Assembly (NCBI RefSeq): GCF_006345805.1
Contig: NC_043001.1
Location: 122,946,001 to 123,010,000 of the forward strand
Source of the DNA: Octopus sinensis
Lineage: Eukaryota
Length of the DNA stretch: 64,000 bases
Direction: 5' to 3'
Position 1 is the stretch's first letter. Each line of letters begins with the position of its first letter. The position numbers were made by a program, and so were the translations under genes. The notes under the pieces were generated by a model that did not search any database, had not been told where the DNA came from, and saw only the letters and a program-made list of their open reading frames with translations. Of this stretch, positions 27,346-40,948 are shown piece after piece.

Positions 27346-27650
27346 TATATATGTTCCTTCTCGAGCCATGCCTGACTCATCAGGGCCGGTTTCCCAGATT
27401 CTTTGGCGTATAGATTTCCCACCTGAACGGGACGCCAGTCCGTCGAAGGTGAGCTGCAAGATGCAGGAGGAAAGCGTGAAAGAAAGTTGTGGCGATAGAG
27501 TCAGCAGAAGTTCGCCATTACCTTCTGCCGGAGCCGCGTGGAGCTTAGGTGTTTCGCTCATAAACACAGACATCGCCCGGTCTGAGATTCGAACCCACGA
27601 TCCCTCGACCGCGAATCCGCCGCTCTAACCACTAGGCCATGTGCCTCCAC
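27346..27650 (-). mobile_element. SINE family R
   Basis: 13-bp TSD aatcggacagctg (27333-27345, 27651-27663). Confidence 0.92.
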
Positions 27651-28449
27651 AATCGGACAGCTGCATTATTTCTGAATCCCTTGGCTATTGGAGATAAGGT
27701 TGGACAATTATCGATCTGATGACGTTTATTGTGGCACAAACACGTGTTCAAGATTGTTGTCTTCTCTCCAGACAATAAGCACGTTCTTTTCTTTAACGCC
27801 ATGTTAACTTTGGAAAATTCTCGATTCTTAAGATATCCCTGTCTTATATGGAACTAGTCATAATTGCCATTTCGTAATTATTACATCCTCAAGGGGCGGA
27901 GATAGTAATGCATCGTATTTGATATGCCCGTATATGTCTCTGTTTAAATACATGCCACTGGCTACTCTTAGCTGTTTCTCTCAGCTCATTATTGTTTAAA
28001 TTATGCATTATATAAACCTATAAACCTATTTTCTCTGGTATGGGACAAACCTTAGAAATTATGCAGTTTTTTTCACACACTTTCACCGTGTCCACTGGTA
28101 TCTACTGCTTATTTGTCCCAATTGTTTTTATGTTTTTACTTGACCGTAGGACTTACTATAAATAGCAAAAATAAGTCTTTCAAAGAAATTGATTGACCCT
28201 TACTTCACACCGTATGCAATAGTTTTCTTTATTTCATAATTTGTCCGATTTGTTTTTTTTTTATCTTGAGTATTATGAAAAATGTTTTACTTCAACATTT
28301 TTTGCAAAAGGTCTCAGCTGCGCAACTAGTAAAACCTGCAACGGTTCTCATAGGTGTCATTGTGTTGACACGACTCAGGGAAAAGAAAACCATGTTTTGA
28401 ATGTTGAAAAATGATCAAGGATTTCACTCTCACTCTCTCTCTCTCCCTC

Positions 28450-28504
<55 letters not shown>

Positions 28505-28552
28505 ATAAAATCACAGGAGTAGAATTCCTGAATTAAAGTTAGAGGAGTTTTA

Positions 28553-28603
<51 letters not shown>

Positions 28604-28851
28604 TATTATCTAAGGTACTACTAGCATGAATACCTCACTTCTACAAAATGTCGTTGGACATTTATTAATTACAATAAAACCATTGATTAAAATCTGCTCA
28701 TAAAAGATATTGAAACTTTATTTTTTTTTTTCTTAATTGTTTCACAAATTAAAATATTTATTTTTCTTGTATTTCATTCGTTTCGGCGATTTTTTATTAT
28801 AACATTTGTCCAGGTTTCCGCAATTCTTTTTTCTTTTAATATATCAATTAG

Positions 28852-28924
<73 letters not shown>

Positions 28925-29362
28925 GCCAACAGTGTATTTTCAGTACACCATATAGAATTTTTGTTTTTCTTTTTGTAAAACCGTTGTAATGATTTATACC
29001 AGTGCTTTTAATTATCTGAACTATTAGCCTATCTTAGAAAAATACCCATGTGAAACGTATAGTTACGAGAGAGCCCCTACAGGATCGTTTAATCGGCTAG
29101 AAATAGCAAGTCTTCTCATATCACATCCTTCTGTCTTTAATAGCTTCAAATTGTAGCACAAGACCAGAAGTTTTGTGGGGAGGGGTTAGTTGATTACGTT
29201 GTTCCCAGTACTTGACCGGTGCTGTATTCGAAAGGATGGTGGGAAAAGTTGGCTTCGACGAGATTTGGACTCAGATCATGAAGAGCTGAATGAAATACCG
29301 CCAAGCATCATCCCTGACTTATTAAAGATTCTGCAAGCACACCATCCTCCAGTTTTTAAATG

Positions 29363-29858
29363 CAGTAATCCCTCGAATATCGCGGATGTTACGTTCCAAA
29401 ACCCACCGCGATATGTGAAAATCCGCGAAGTAAAAACAGTCCTGTAGTATATATATTTTTTTTTTATTTTCATAATTTATATATATTTATTTTATTATAA
29501 ATGCAAAATTACACCACACACTCGCCTCCTGAATTCGTTTTCCACACAGTATGTGCGATTCTTTGTTTGCTTATCTACGGTACACTACATATTTTCTTTT
29601 AATATATTTTAATTATGCATTAATATGCGTTAATTATGCAGTACTGTACTGTATTTTTATAAACTAATTTAATTTTTAGGCGTGAAAATGCTTATTTTGC
29701 TACAAAATTGAGTAAAATATTAAAAAAATATAATTACCTATCGACCGCAGAAACCCGCGATATACTGACCAGCCCGAGACATAAATTTACATAGCCAAAA
29801 AAATCCGCGATGTACTGAGGGCGCAATAGGTGAAGTGCGATATGGTGAATGATTACTG
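29363..29858. mobile_element. Tigger/pogo-like MITE
   Basis: Left end cagtaatccctcgaatatcgc; right end gcgatatggtgaatgattactg followed by TA; internal ccgcga subterminal repeats. Confidence 0.7.
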
Positions 29859-30015
29859 TAATTCTAATTTTGGCACAAGAGCAGCAATTTTGAGGGGAAT
29901 TCGACTAATTCGCCCCCAGTACTCAACTAGTATTTATTTTATCGACCCTAAATTTAATACTTTTTCAAGTGTGCAATATCCTTGGTGTTGCGAGGAATAA
30001 TTATCAGCCTAATAA

Positions 30016-30403
30016 TGGATGGAAGCACTCCGTCGGTTACGACGACGAGGATTCCGGTTGATCCGAATCAACGGAACAGCTTGCTCGTGAAATTAACGTG
30101 TAAGTGGCTGAGCATTCCACAGACACGTGTACCCTTAACGTAGTTCTCGGGGATATTCAGCGTGACACAGAGAGTGACAGAGCCGGCCCTTTTGAAATAC
30201 AGGTACAGCAGAAACAGGAAGTAAGAGTGAGAGAAAGTTGTGGTGAAAGAGTACAGCAGGGATCACCACCATCTCCTGCCGGAGCCTCATGGAGCTTTAG
30301 GTGTTTTCGCTCAATAAACACTCACAACGCCCGGTCTGGGAATCGAAACCGCGATCCTACGACCGCGAGTCCGCTGCCCTAACCACTGGGCCATTGCGCC
30401 TCC
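30016..30403 (-). mobile_element. SINE family R head with 'aaccgacggagtg' tail
   Basis: 12-bp TSD tcagcctaataa (30004-30015, 30404-30415). Confidence 0.92.
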
Positions 30404-30749
30404 TCAGCCTAATAAACATCATAATTGTCATGTGTCTCTTTATTTCTCTTAGCATTGTCGTATGAGCAATGGGTGTTCTGGTTACTGAGGCGCAGGAAGT
30501 ATTTCTCTCTTCGCAAATGAAAAACATTTCTTGACCTAAAGCGTATCCTTATAGTAACTGATTGTAGCACCTTGTTAAATATTTTGTGACCTATGATAAA
30601 TGGATGCTCGATTAGATGTTTGTCATGTTCAAATACAGCTGAGGTCGACTGTTGCCTTTCCCTTCTTGTTCGAAAAGAAATTGTAGGAAACATATCGGTA
30701 TGCCAATCGCTCTCAAGATGGGCAGGAACTTGAATAGTGTACAGAGCAA

Positions 30750-31050
30750 TAAGAAAAGAAAAGAAATGCCTCTGAGATGTGGATCTTTCATAGATTTGAC
30801 GAAATAAGCGGGGAAGAGGAGGTAAGAAACGTTGTAGTACGAGAAAAGTAAGCATCCAAAGAATCCTATTGTTGAGAATCAAAGTCCACAAAGCTATATC
30901 TTGGACATACGATGCTTCACGATTCATTTCTTTATAACATCTTGACAGGAAGCGTGAAGGGAAAGAGGGCAAGAGGACATCAAAGATTTTAATGGACAGG
31001 CCACATCAAAGAATGGACTGGAAAGATCTGGCTTTTTATATGCATGCAGT
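30750..31050 (+). mobile_element. RTE LINE C-terminal remnant
   Basis: Encodes YLGHTMLHDSFLYNILTGSVKGKRARGHQR...HIKEWTG, typical of the RTE C-terminus. Confidence 0.7.
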
Positions 31051-31361
31051 ACAATTCAGAGGGAACTAGAGAAGTTTGGCAACCTGACCTTGTACACCAG
31101 GCTGATGATAACAGTTGCCATACAGTCGACTGTGGTTACCGCTTTCCAGAGAAAGAAGTTGGCCGAGTGATTGTTCAATGTAAAAAAAAAATAGAATAAA
31201 CTCACTGTTGATTGTTTAATGGTCGTTATCTAATGTCGAAAAAATACCAGTAAGAAGTTAAATCACTTTCGCTAATACATGCCTTGTACAAAAACTATTC
31301 GGACAAATACAGCCATGCTGCAACACAACCTTGAAGGGTTTTAGTCGAACAAATCGATCTC

Positions 31362-31590
31362 AGGCGAGCTGGCAGAAACGTTAGCACGCCGGGTGAAATG
31401 CGTAGCCGTATTTCGTCTGCCGTTACGTTCTGAGTTCAAATTCCGCCGAGGTCGACTTTGCCTTCATCCTTTCGGGGTCGATAAATTCAGTACCAGTTAC
31501 GCACTGGGGTCGATGTAATCGTCTTAATCCGTTTGTCTGTCCTTGTTTGTCCCTTCTGTGTTTAGCCCCTTGTGGGTAGTAAAGAAATAA
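31362..31590 (+). mobile_element. SINE family A monomer, apparently inserted into a decayed family B copy
   Basis: Family B fragments lie on both sides (~31310-31360, ~31600-31660). Confidence 0.85.
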
Positions 31591-31687
31591 GTAGTTATGT
31601 TTTGCTGAACAATTTCGTTATGGGGATGTAAACAAACCAACACCGGCTGTCAAGTGCCAGCGGAGAGCTGACACACTCACACACACA

Positions 31688-31900
31688 CGGAAGTGTGCTG
31701 AAAAACTCCTGGCTTTGGGTAAAAGAAAATACAAGAGTAACAGTTATGATTTTATTCAACGTATTCCCCTCTTAGATACACACACTTATTAAGCAGTCCT
31801 TCAGTTTTTCTAAGCCCTGTAAAAGAACTCGGAAGGTTGAACCTTCAGCCAGGACTTTGGTGATACCCTTCAAAACCAGGAACTTTTCAGCTCCCTTTCG
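31688..31900. mobile_element. Mariner-type MITE
   Basis: Imperfect ~29-bp TIRs cggaagtgtgctgaaaaactcctggcttt / aaaaccaggaacttttcagctccctttcg. Confidence 0.6.
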
Positions 31901-31964
31901 TGTATTGTACCTTTACAAGAACTTCGTTTACTCATTTCAATCATTAAAGCATTCCCTCGCGCGT

Positions 31965-32400
31965 GTTTCCGTGTATGTGTACACATACACACACACATGT
32001 ACATATATATATGTGTGTGTGTATATATATGTGTATATATTTATGTGTGTGTGTGTGCATATATGTGTGTATATATATATGTGTATATATTTATGTGTGT
32101 GTGTGTGCATATATGTGTGTATATATATATGTGTATATATTTATGTGTGTGTGTGTGCATATATGTGTGTATATATATATGTGTATATATTTATGTGTGT
32201 GTGTGTGCATATATATGTGTATATATTTGTGTGTGTGTGTGCATATGTGTGTGTATATATTTATGTGTGTGTGTGTGCATATGTGTGTGTATATATATAT
32301 ATATGTGTGTATATATTTATGTGTGTGTGTGTGTGTGTGTGTGTGCATATATATGTGTATATATATGTGTGTGTATGTATATATATATATATATATATAT
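31965..32400. repeat. Compound (AT/GT)n minisatellite with a 50-bp higher-order unit
   Basis: ttatgtgtgt recurs at 32041, 32091, 32141 and 32191, then decays. It is the source of the spurious Cys/Val/Tyr/Ile ORFs. Confidence 0.95.
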
Positions 32401-32484
32401 AATCCAAACATGAAAACACAACAACGCAAGGACGTGGAACAAATATAGTGTTATTGGACGCTCAGGAAAGGAAAGAAAGAAGGA

Positions 32485-32541
<57 letters not shown>

Positions 32542-32762
32542 TATATATATATTTAGATGGATTTCGAAATAGCCATCCATTTGCGTAGCAATCGATTTAA
32601 ACATTGGTCATATATATATTTCTTAATGATAACAAACGTTTCTTCAAATATCTACAAAGTCTGTGTCCTTATTACTGTTGTTGAATTTGCAATGCATTTT
32701 AAATTGATTTAATTTCACTGAAATGAACGGAAATTGTGATATTACTGTTTGTTATATTTTAG

Positions 32763-32858
32763 ATACCCCAAATAATCAATTGCCAGTGTTGGAAATCGAT
32801 GACAAACACCAGATCCCACAGAGTTTATCCATTGCCCGATATATTGCCAGAGAATATG
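32763..32858 (+). CDS. GST: Sigma-class GST / S-crystallin-family gene, internal exon ([33 protein letters not shown])
   Basis: Acceptor ttatattttAG at 32761-62 and donor GTaatt at 32859; phase 1/1. Encodes the GST N-domain G-site motifs (QLPVLE...[10 protein letters not shown]). Confidence 0.93.
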
Positions 32859-32921
32859 GTAATTGCAGTTTTTTTGTTTTTCCTAATTATTTCAACAGAA
32901 AATTTTGAATGCACGCACGCA

Positions 32922-32952
<31 letters not shown>

Positions 32953-33107
32953 GTTTGGTGATGCAAATAAAACAGAATTCAAAACAAGAGTATGCTGGGG
33001 GTTTTTTTTTCAATAATTGGCAAGTTATAGCGTTACTCAAACGTCGAGTTTCGCTTTTTGACAATGATCAAACTGGTTTCAACTCAAAGTGGTTACATCT
33101 ATATATG

Positions 33108-33900
33108 AAGGTGGCGAGCTGGCAGAAACGTTAGCACGCCGGGCGAAATGCGTAGCCGTATTTCGTCTGTCGTTACGTTGTGAGTTCAAATTCCTCCGCG
33201 GTCGACTTTGCCTTTCGTCCTTTCGGGGTCGATTAAATAAGTACCAGTTACGCACTAGGGTCGATATAATCGACTTAATCCGTTTGTCTGTCCTTGTTTG
33301 TCGTCTCTGTGTTTATCCCCCTGTGGGTAGTAAAGAAATAGGTATTTCGTCTGCCTCTACGTTCTGAGTTCAAATTCCGACGAGGTCGACTTTGCCTTTC
33401 GTCCTTTTGGGGTCGATTAAATAAGTACCAGTTACGCACTGGGGTTGATATAATCGACTTAATCCGTTTGTCTGTCCTTCTTTGCCCTCTCTGTGTTTAG
33501 CCCATTGTGGGCAATAAAGAAATAAGAAACGTTAGCACACCGGACGAAATGCTTAGCAGTATTTCGTCTGCCGCTACGTTCTGAGTTCAAATTCCGCCGA
33601 AGTCGACTTTGCCTTTCGTCCTTTTGGGATCAATTAAATAAGTACCAGTTACGCACTGGGGTCGATGTAATCGACTTAATCCGTTTGTCTGTTCTTGTTT
33701 GTCCCCTTTATGTTTAGCCCATTGTGGGCAATAAAGAAATAAGAAACGTTAGCACACCGGACAAAATGATTAGCAGTATTTCGTCTGCCGCTACGTTCTG
33801 AGTTCAAATTCCACCGAGGCCGACTTTGCCTTGCATCCTTTCGAGGTCGATGAAATAAGAACAAGTCAAGTACTGGTAATTGATGTAATCGATTTAACTC
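33108..33900 (+). mobile_element. SINE family A tetramer in a GST intron
   Basis: Head at 33108; junctions at ~33340, ~33525 and ~33745. Confidence 0.9.
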
Positions 33901-36386
33901 CTTTCCTCAAAAACTGCTGTCCCTGTACTAAAATTTAAAACCATTATAGTAATTGTTTTTTGTAGCCAGTATCGTTGTTGTAGTGACTTCAACCCCCATT
34001 ATTTGTTGATGTCATTCTTACTGCTTAGTTAGGTAGATAGATAGATATAGAGAGAGAGATCTGTATCAGTTTCACAATATTTAATTATTGGATATACATC
34101 TGTAAACTCATCGAGGTGGGTAATTATAAAATATTAGGAAGCTTGGACAGATTTTAGTGTGGTTATTTTCAAAACACACAATCTACACGACATCAAGAAG
34201 TGCTAGAAACGATAGGACTACGAATGGCACTAAAAATGGTATGGGGATCTATCAATTTCAGAGTGCACGATCATGGCATCACTCTGATACAATACCTTTC
34301 AAAAATATGGCCGTCATATGTGCAAAATAAAAACTTAATATTTAACCTTTTATTGTTCCACACTAGGTCAGTCTTTACTTAACAGACCTATGATTAAATG
34401 CGCTTCAGTCATGACCATCCAGTTCATTTGTTTGCATTTGTGTACCTAGAGGTGCATTATGCAATGTTTCTGTTTCTTTCCAAGAGGAGTATTTTTGGTT
34501 GCTATTTCTAGAGTGCCGAACATTGGCTTGACATCCTCTACCCGTTTCTGTGTTGTCTCAAGTCAACGAGGAGGCTTATACTTTTGGTCTGATAGAAATA
34601 ACAGAAAATTTCTGGACTCATTTGACAATGTAGTCTAAATATACAAAAGAATCGGATAGCCGTGGTTGGAACAGCAATGAGTATGGGTCGACTCGAACAG
34701 GGCTGACGTAATCTTAAACAAACATAACAGTGTATTCAAATGTTTTCAGACATCGCTCTACATTTAGGGGTTAGGCTAATTACTAGTAATATCACCGAAT
34801 ATATTCCCTCTTTTCTCTAAAATTTGTAATTTCTGGCTTGTCAAACCAAACCAATCGCAATTGAACTGCATGGTGGGTGTAAGCAGGTGTTTTACTAATT
34901 GAACCTGCGGTCAATAATTTACTAGCAGCATTTATTACAGCTGTGCTGGAACAATGAGAGTTGATGCAGTATTAACAGGGTTGGGAATATAAAACGGAAC
35001 AAACCCTCATTGATAATCTCCCATGTATTTGAAGAATATAGAATGAAATATATGCTAGGTTTCGCGAAAGCTTTATTTATTTAAACTTAATTTTCTCTTT
35101 ACACCTGCAAGGAACTTTTTAATGCTGGCCCTGTCTCTAATGAACCTGCTGCTATTAAGGGAAAGCCGTTATGAATGCAAAGGGGCAACTAATTTTAAGT
35201 TTCCTGGGTTCAAAGAGAAGACAAAGTAAACCTGTTTTGCATTCGTGGCAAGACAGCCGTATATTTATCATTTCAGTCTACTTGTGGTTACCTGTTGATT
35301 AAACATTATCAAGAATAACTCATGTTTTATTTCACACTCCATTGTCATATGTTATAGTAGTAGTACGTTTCACAATTTGCCAGTAGTTCTTTTCCTGACG
35401 TGTCAGCATATAGACCATCACTAGAGGCACCTGGAGGTTTATGCAGGTAGTGGTGTTTATTTTACAAAACCAGGTGAAGTTTACAATTTAAATAAATGAT
35501 CGTCAATGTGTTTTTGTTTGTTTGTTTGCTTGCTTGCTTGCTTTATTTTTTGTGTAATTTTTTCTTTTTTTTCTTTCCTTTTGTTTTTCTGAAATGTAAG
35601 CTGAGAAGACTTGATTTTCTTTAACTTGCCTTTACCATTATCACGGCATTTGTCATATAATTATCCTATGTAATCCTTTTTATCCAATTGTGACAAGATA
35701 CGAAATAGAAATGACATTAGCGATAATTATTATCATTCCTTTGACATGTACAATACGATCTTTTCTTACATAGCGTAAGAAATCCTGGCTTACAGGGCAA
35801 ATTTATTCAATTTGTTCCCCCGGATTATTTGTCAAACTTTCTTTTATTTTCACTGTACCACCTGTGAATATTAAAATGTGTTTTTTAAATTTTTTTACGC
35901 TGTCTAGCTAAAATTAAAACCGCAGTGCATTCAGAGGGGTACAGTTGATTTTATACATATATATATTAGTATGTAATCAATATTTGAGACACGATGGCTA
36001 TGTAAAAGCTTAATTTTAACTTCTAATACATACATACAGTACTACAACCTGCTGCCAAACTAATAAACTATCTTTCTTTCACTGTATTATTTCTAATTTG
36101 AATTACTTTAGGCTCTTATAAGTCGTCAGCTCTTTATTTATTTAATTTCTTTTGTTTTGTTTAAATAGTTTTATTTTGAGTTGTCACCCAGGCTTTGTTT
36201 GGCTTAGTTAATCATTGTGTAACCCTTTGCGTTTAGTGTGTATCGTATATGATACATATTTCCCTGTCCATGGATCGCATATGATACATGTCCCCAATTT
36301 TTTTTCAACCACCAGAGTAACTTGGGGCTTAGGAAAGGAAAACTTTATATGTCTCAGAACATACGAATATGCTTTGGACAGGCAAC

Positions 36387-36985
36387 GGATCTCTTCAGTT
36401 TGTTCTGTTTTTACTAAACAATTTAAAACTTCGTATACTGGTGTAATTTCCCACTCTGAACACGATTTACCTTCAACATTTTTGACAAAATTTAGTATTT
36501 TAGAAGTTATTTCGTGTTGTCATATTTGGGTAATTCTAACCAATCAACGACGTGTATTCAGCTGAAGAAACTTACTGCTGTTTGCGATAGTGATCGAAGA
36601 GCAACTACTTCCGGGTCATCTCTACTAAATGTATTTTTCAACCACGTGTGGATTATTCGGTATGTTCTTTAACTTGGCTAGATGTGCATGAAATATAGAA
36701 AGATACTCAAAGAAGTCAGATAGTGTTAGAGAGGGAGAAGGAAGAGGAGAGATAGCACATATTTAGTGGAGATGACCCGGAAGTTGTTTCTCTTCGATTA
36801 CTATCGCAAACAGCAGTAGATTTCTTCAGCTGAATACACGTCGTTGATTGGTTAAAATTACCCAAATACAACTTTAACACGAAATAACTTCTAAAATACG
36901 AAGTTTTGTCAAAAATGTTGAAAGTAAGCTGTGTTCAAATGAGAAATTACACCAGTATACGAAGTTTCAAGCTATTTAGTTAAAA
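36387..36985. mobile_element. Foldback MITE with ~230-bp inverted arms, related to the GGATC-TIR family
   Basis: ~36405-36632 is the imperfect reverse complement of ~36761-36985; spacer ~125 nt. Confidence 0.85.
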
Positions 36986-37799
36986 ATTGATTTAAAAATC
37001 TATGAGCCAAAATGAAGAGATCCCAGGCAATGGTTTAATACCCGATATGAGTATTATTTCGGTTAAAGTTACTGTTTCGTACCTTGTCTTTGCTTACTAT
37101 GTTCATGTTCTCTTTGGGAAGACCTTGGTGCCATTAGTCGTAAAGAAGAAACCAAAAACAGACAGCTATTTTCACGAACTTTCCATGAGCTTCTTTGACC
37201 AAAGATAGCACATATTTCGTTCCCAAAGTTTTTGATAATTTTTCCGTATGGAATCGGCTACGATACGGAATTGGGAACCCTGGTGGCTAACCAAACTACA
37301 CTTTTTATCCAGCAGCATGCTTTCAGTGAATACCTACTCGTGTGCTGTTTTTAATTTCTCAGGAAAATATTGAGTTCAAATTTTGGCAGAAGGCCAGCAA
37401 TTTCGTGGAGGAGATCAGTCTATAAGATCGACTCCAGTGTTCAACTGGTACTTATTTTATTGCCTCCGAAAGTGGATTTCGGCGGAAGTTTGAATTCAGG
37501 ATGTGAAGACGGACGAAATGCCGCTAAGCATTTTGTCCCGCATGCTAACGATTCTGACAACTCGCCGCCTTAAATTTCTCGGGGAAAATACTGACAACAA
37601 AAATAACATCCTGCATTTTTTTAATATACTCTGTACTCGTGGATGTGATATATAAAACTCTGGAACGAAACGCCAATAACTTGAGCAAAACAAAGTTTTT
37701 AAAATGTTCTGAGCTGTGGTTGTGAGGGATCATCACTAATGTCTGTGGGATGGGGACCCTGGATCTGCTGAACTGCAATCATCTTCAGACATCTACTTC

Positions 37800-38034
37800 T
37801 TTATTTCTTTACTACCCACAAGGGGCTAAACATAGAGGGGACAAACAAGGACAGACAAACGGATTAAGTCGATTACATCGACCCCCAGTGCGTAACTGGT
37901 ACTTAATTTATCGACCCCGAAAGGATGAAAGGCAAAGTCAACCTCGGCGGAATTTGAACTCAGAATGTAACGACAGACGAAATACGGTTACGCATTTCGC
38001 CCGGCGTGCTAACGATTCTGCCAGCTCGCCGCCC
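37800..38034 (-). mobile_element. SINE family A monomer in a GST intron
   Basis: Full reverse-complement match to family A. Confidence 0.9.
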
Positions 38035-40524
38035 TTCTGCACCCTCCTAGTCATCGTTTCAAGTGAAAGGCTGTTTCAGTTCTTAACTACAATGCAACTC
38101 TGCTACTTGACCTTTTTTATCGATCTTTTGTGCCCATACTTGCATTATCTAAACATGTTCAATCAGTCCGTTGAGTCTATATTTTATCAAAATCGTAAAA
38201 TTCTGCTGAAGCTAATACTTTGAGATCTTTTGGATCAGAACAAACCATACCAGGAACTAAGGATAAAATTTGAACTTCAATTCTAATGAAGAACTGAATG
38301 TCGAAAAGCTTACAATCGTTCAGTTCTAGGCCACGGATTTTTCTGAATATTTGCTGGAATCAGCAGGGGGAATCTCTCTTAACCACCACCACTCTGCTTG
38401 GTATGTCTATGATAATGCATTAAAGAAAAATATGAGACAGGGAGAGACAATAAAATGAGAAAGATAAAGTAGAATAATTTTAACTGGTGAAGAAAGAGAC
38501 GGTAACTATATTTATTTTCAACCAGCGAACGAAATAAATGGGTAACTGTTAACTACACGATAGGATAAGATCTGTCTTCGTTACATGGTAATAACTATAT
38601 CAAATGAGTGACTGGCACACTAGTCGTCAAAATGCGCACGCGTTCACAGAATGGCAAATAATTTATGTAAGAATTAGTAAAGGTTTCCAGAGTTACTGCG
38701 CTAATAGGTACTAAACGACGAGTTGTGGCAAGATTCTTTTGTGTTCGCTGGTCGACTGAAAAATGATTCTACTCTCTTTCTCTCTTTGTCTCTCTCTCTC
38801 TCTCTCTCTCTGTATCTCTCTCTATATATATATACACACACACACACACACATACACATACAGGAATCCAAACTCCCAAAGCTATGGAATGCGGAAATGA
38901 GAAAGGGCCTAACATTACCTAGAACGATAGGAAATCGTTCAAACTTCAGGATCATAACATTTACAGCATATATTTACTTTATCTTATTTAGCAAACTAAT
39001 GCGGAACAAATGCATTGTAGCAACAAATTATCAGAGAAATGATTGGAGAACGGAACTTCTGCGAAAGTAAAACCATGAATACAGAATGGAGTAAGAATCA
39101 AAGTTTGCGAATCCAAGCAAGACTTGGACAAGACTGTTGGGGATACGAGCTGTGTTCGGACTTACTCTGGCCTGCTGCCACCAGTAAGCCATTTTGGTGT
39201 GGATGTTGTTGGTACTTTACGCCCATCACACAAAGAATACAAGCTGAATACAAGTTGAAATTAATTCTATAACTTAAATGTGGTGCACAGATGTGCATGA
39301 GAGCGTGCAAATTTATCAAACTAGATTGTGATTGATTCTTAATTAGAATTTAATTTCCTGATATATAATTTAATTTTTAAGACTGAACTCGTTATTGTGA
39401 TTTGGTACTGTTGTTCAGTATTATGAATTCTAATACATTTACTAATTTTATTCTCAGTTACCAGCCCAGGGTTGTAGAACGGTGAAAGTGCATCGAGTGA
39501 GCTGCCTTGCAGTATCTGTTCTGGTCTTTTGCATTCTGAAAGCGTCACTGAAAACTCACTAGTGCCAAGTTCTGGCAAGCCTAAGCTGCAACCATTGTCA
39601 TGGACAACATCGGTAACGCAGAGAGGGGAAGCTTTCATGCACAATCAATAAACAATCTTCTACAAAACCTTACCATGCTTCCAGGTGCAAATAGATGTTT
39701 GACCCTGGCCGACGAAGAGTTCCCTATCCCTCTTTTCGGATATATACGTCTCTCAAAATGAATGTTCATCCAATTGAAAAAGCCGCATTATTTATGGGAT
39801 GACTCAATATGTAGTTTTGAGAGTTGTTTAAACTCCTTAAGATACTGTGATCTCAGTACAGTAGATTATTGAAGCCTTAGATCAATTCAGTCCACAAAAA
39901 GGCGTCTATAATGAAATAAACGAGTCCTTAACTTATAATACAGAATCTGGTTAGATAAAATTCATTTGCGATCATTCAGATGCCACTCTCTCGGAAACTG
40001 TTTGGTTGTAAAGATACAGAGTATATCTTCAGAATTTATAATACATCTTCGATGAAAGACCTGTAAATTCCTAACCGTTCGATCTGTTACGTATTAATAC
40101 AAATAGCTACAGTTTTAAAATCTAAGTATTCGCATATTGCTAAATTCTTATCACAGTAGGTGAGTAAAGCCCAGGTTTCTTTTTCTCTTCATGCAGCTTA
40201 AATGTCGCATGACAAAAGTAATGTTTCTTCAGACAAAAGTCAAGAAGCAGACAAATGTTAATAGCTTCCTTGCTTGTAATAATTCTTCCTAATTTTGTCA
40301 TACAGAGTGAAGGTGGGAGTCGATTACATAAACACTATTGCTCAGCTGGTTCTTATTTTATTAATCCCGAAAGGATGAAAGGTAAAGTTTACCTCGATGG
40401 CATTTTTGAACCGAGAACGTAAAGATTCAGAAGAAATTCCGCTAAGCATTTTGTTCGACGCGCTAACGACTGTACCAGCTTGCTGTCTTTGTCCCCCAGC
40501 CCCGTCCCATCTGTTTTAAATATA

Positions 40525-40752
40525 TATTTCTTTACTACCCACAAGGGGCTAAACATAGAGGGGACAAACAAGGACAGACAAACGGATGAAGTTGATTACA
40601 TCGACCTCAGTGAGTAACTGGTACTTAATTTATCGACCTCGAAAGGATGAAAGGCAAAGTCGACCTCGGCGGAATTTGAACTCAGAACGTAACGGCAGAC
40701 GAAATACGGCTATGCATTTCGCCCGGCACGCTAACGTTTCTGCCAGCTCAGC
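40525..40752 (-). mobile_element. SINE family A monomer, preceded by an older decayed copy at ~40310-40500
   Basis: Reverse-complement match to family A. Confidence 0.88.
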
Positions 40753-40948
40753 AATAAAGAAATAGCTGTTCCAATGAATTAGGTTTAAGAAAATCAAATG
40801 GCAAGAGGTTTCTAAATTCGATCCATGATCCCTAGTAATAAAAGAGAAGGGATTATTCAAGATGTAAACCTTTTTTTCTTCTCCTTGATTATCTTCTACA
40901 TATATTAAAAAGTAGCATTGTTTCCTTAAGATCTACTTTATATTTCAG

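Noticed and set aside
31857-32604. Longest ORFs in the track (up to 181 aa, Cys/Val/Tyr/Ile- or His/Thr-rich)
   Set aside because: They are translations of the AT/GT minisatellite, not genes.
19300-33900. Tandem repeated units as a CRISPR-like array, and recurring 'RPRKDERQSRPRRNLNSE' ORFs as a protein family
   Set aside because: The units are ~190-bp SINE bodies with no unique spacers, and the ORFs are antisense translations of SINE family A.
39050-39720. Moderately GC-rich intronic stretch with short ORFs
   Set aside because: No recognisable motif, no consistent splice signals and no consistent strand, so it cannot be supported as coding.
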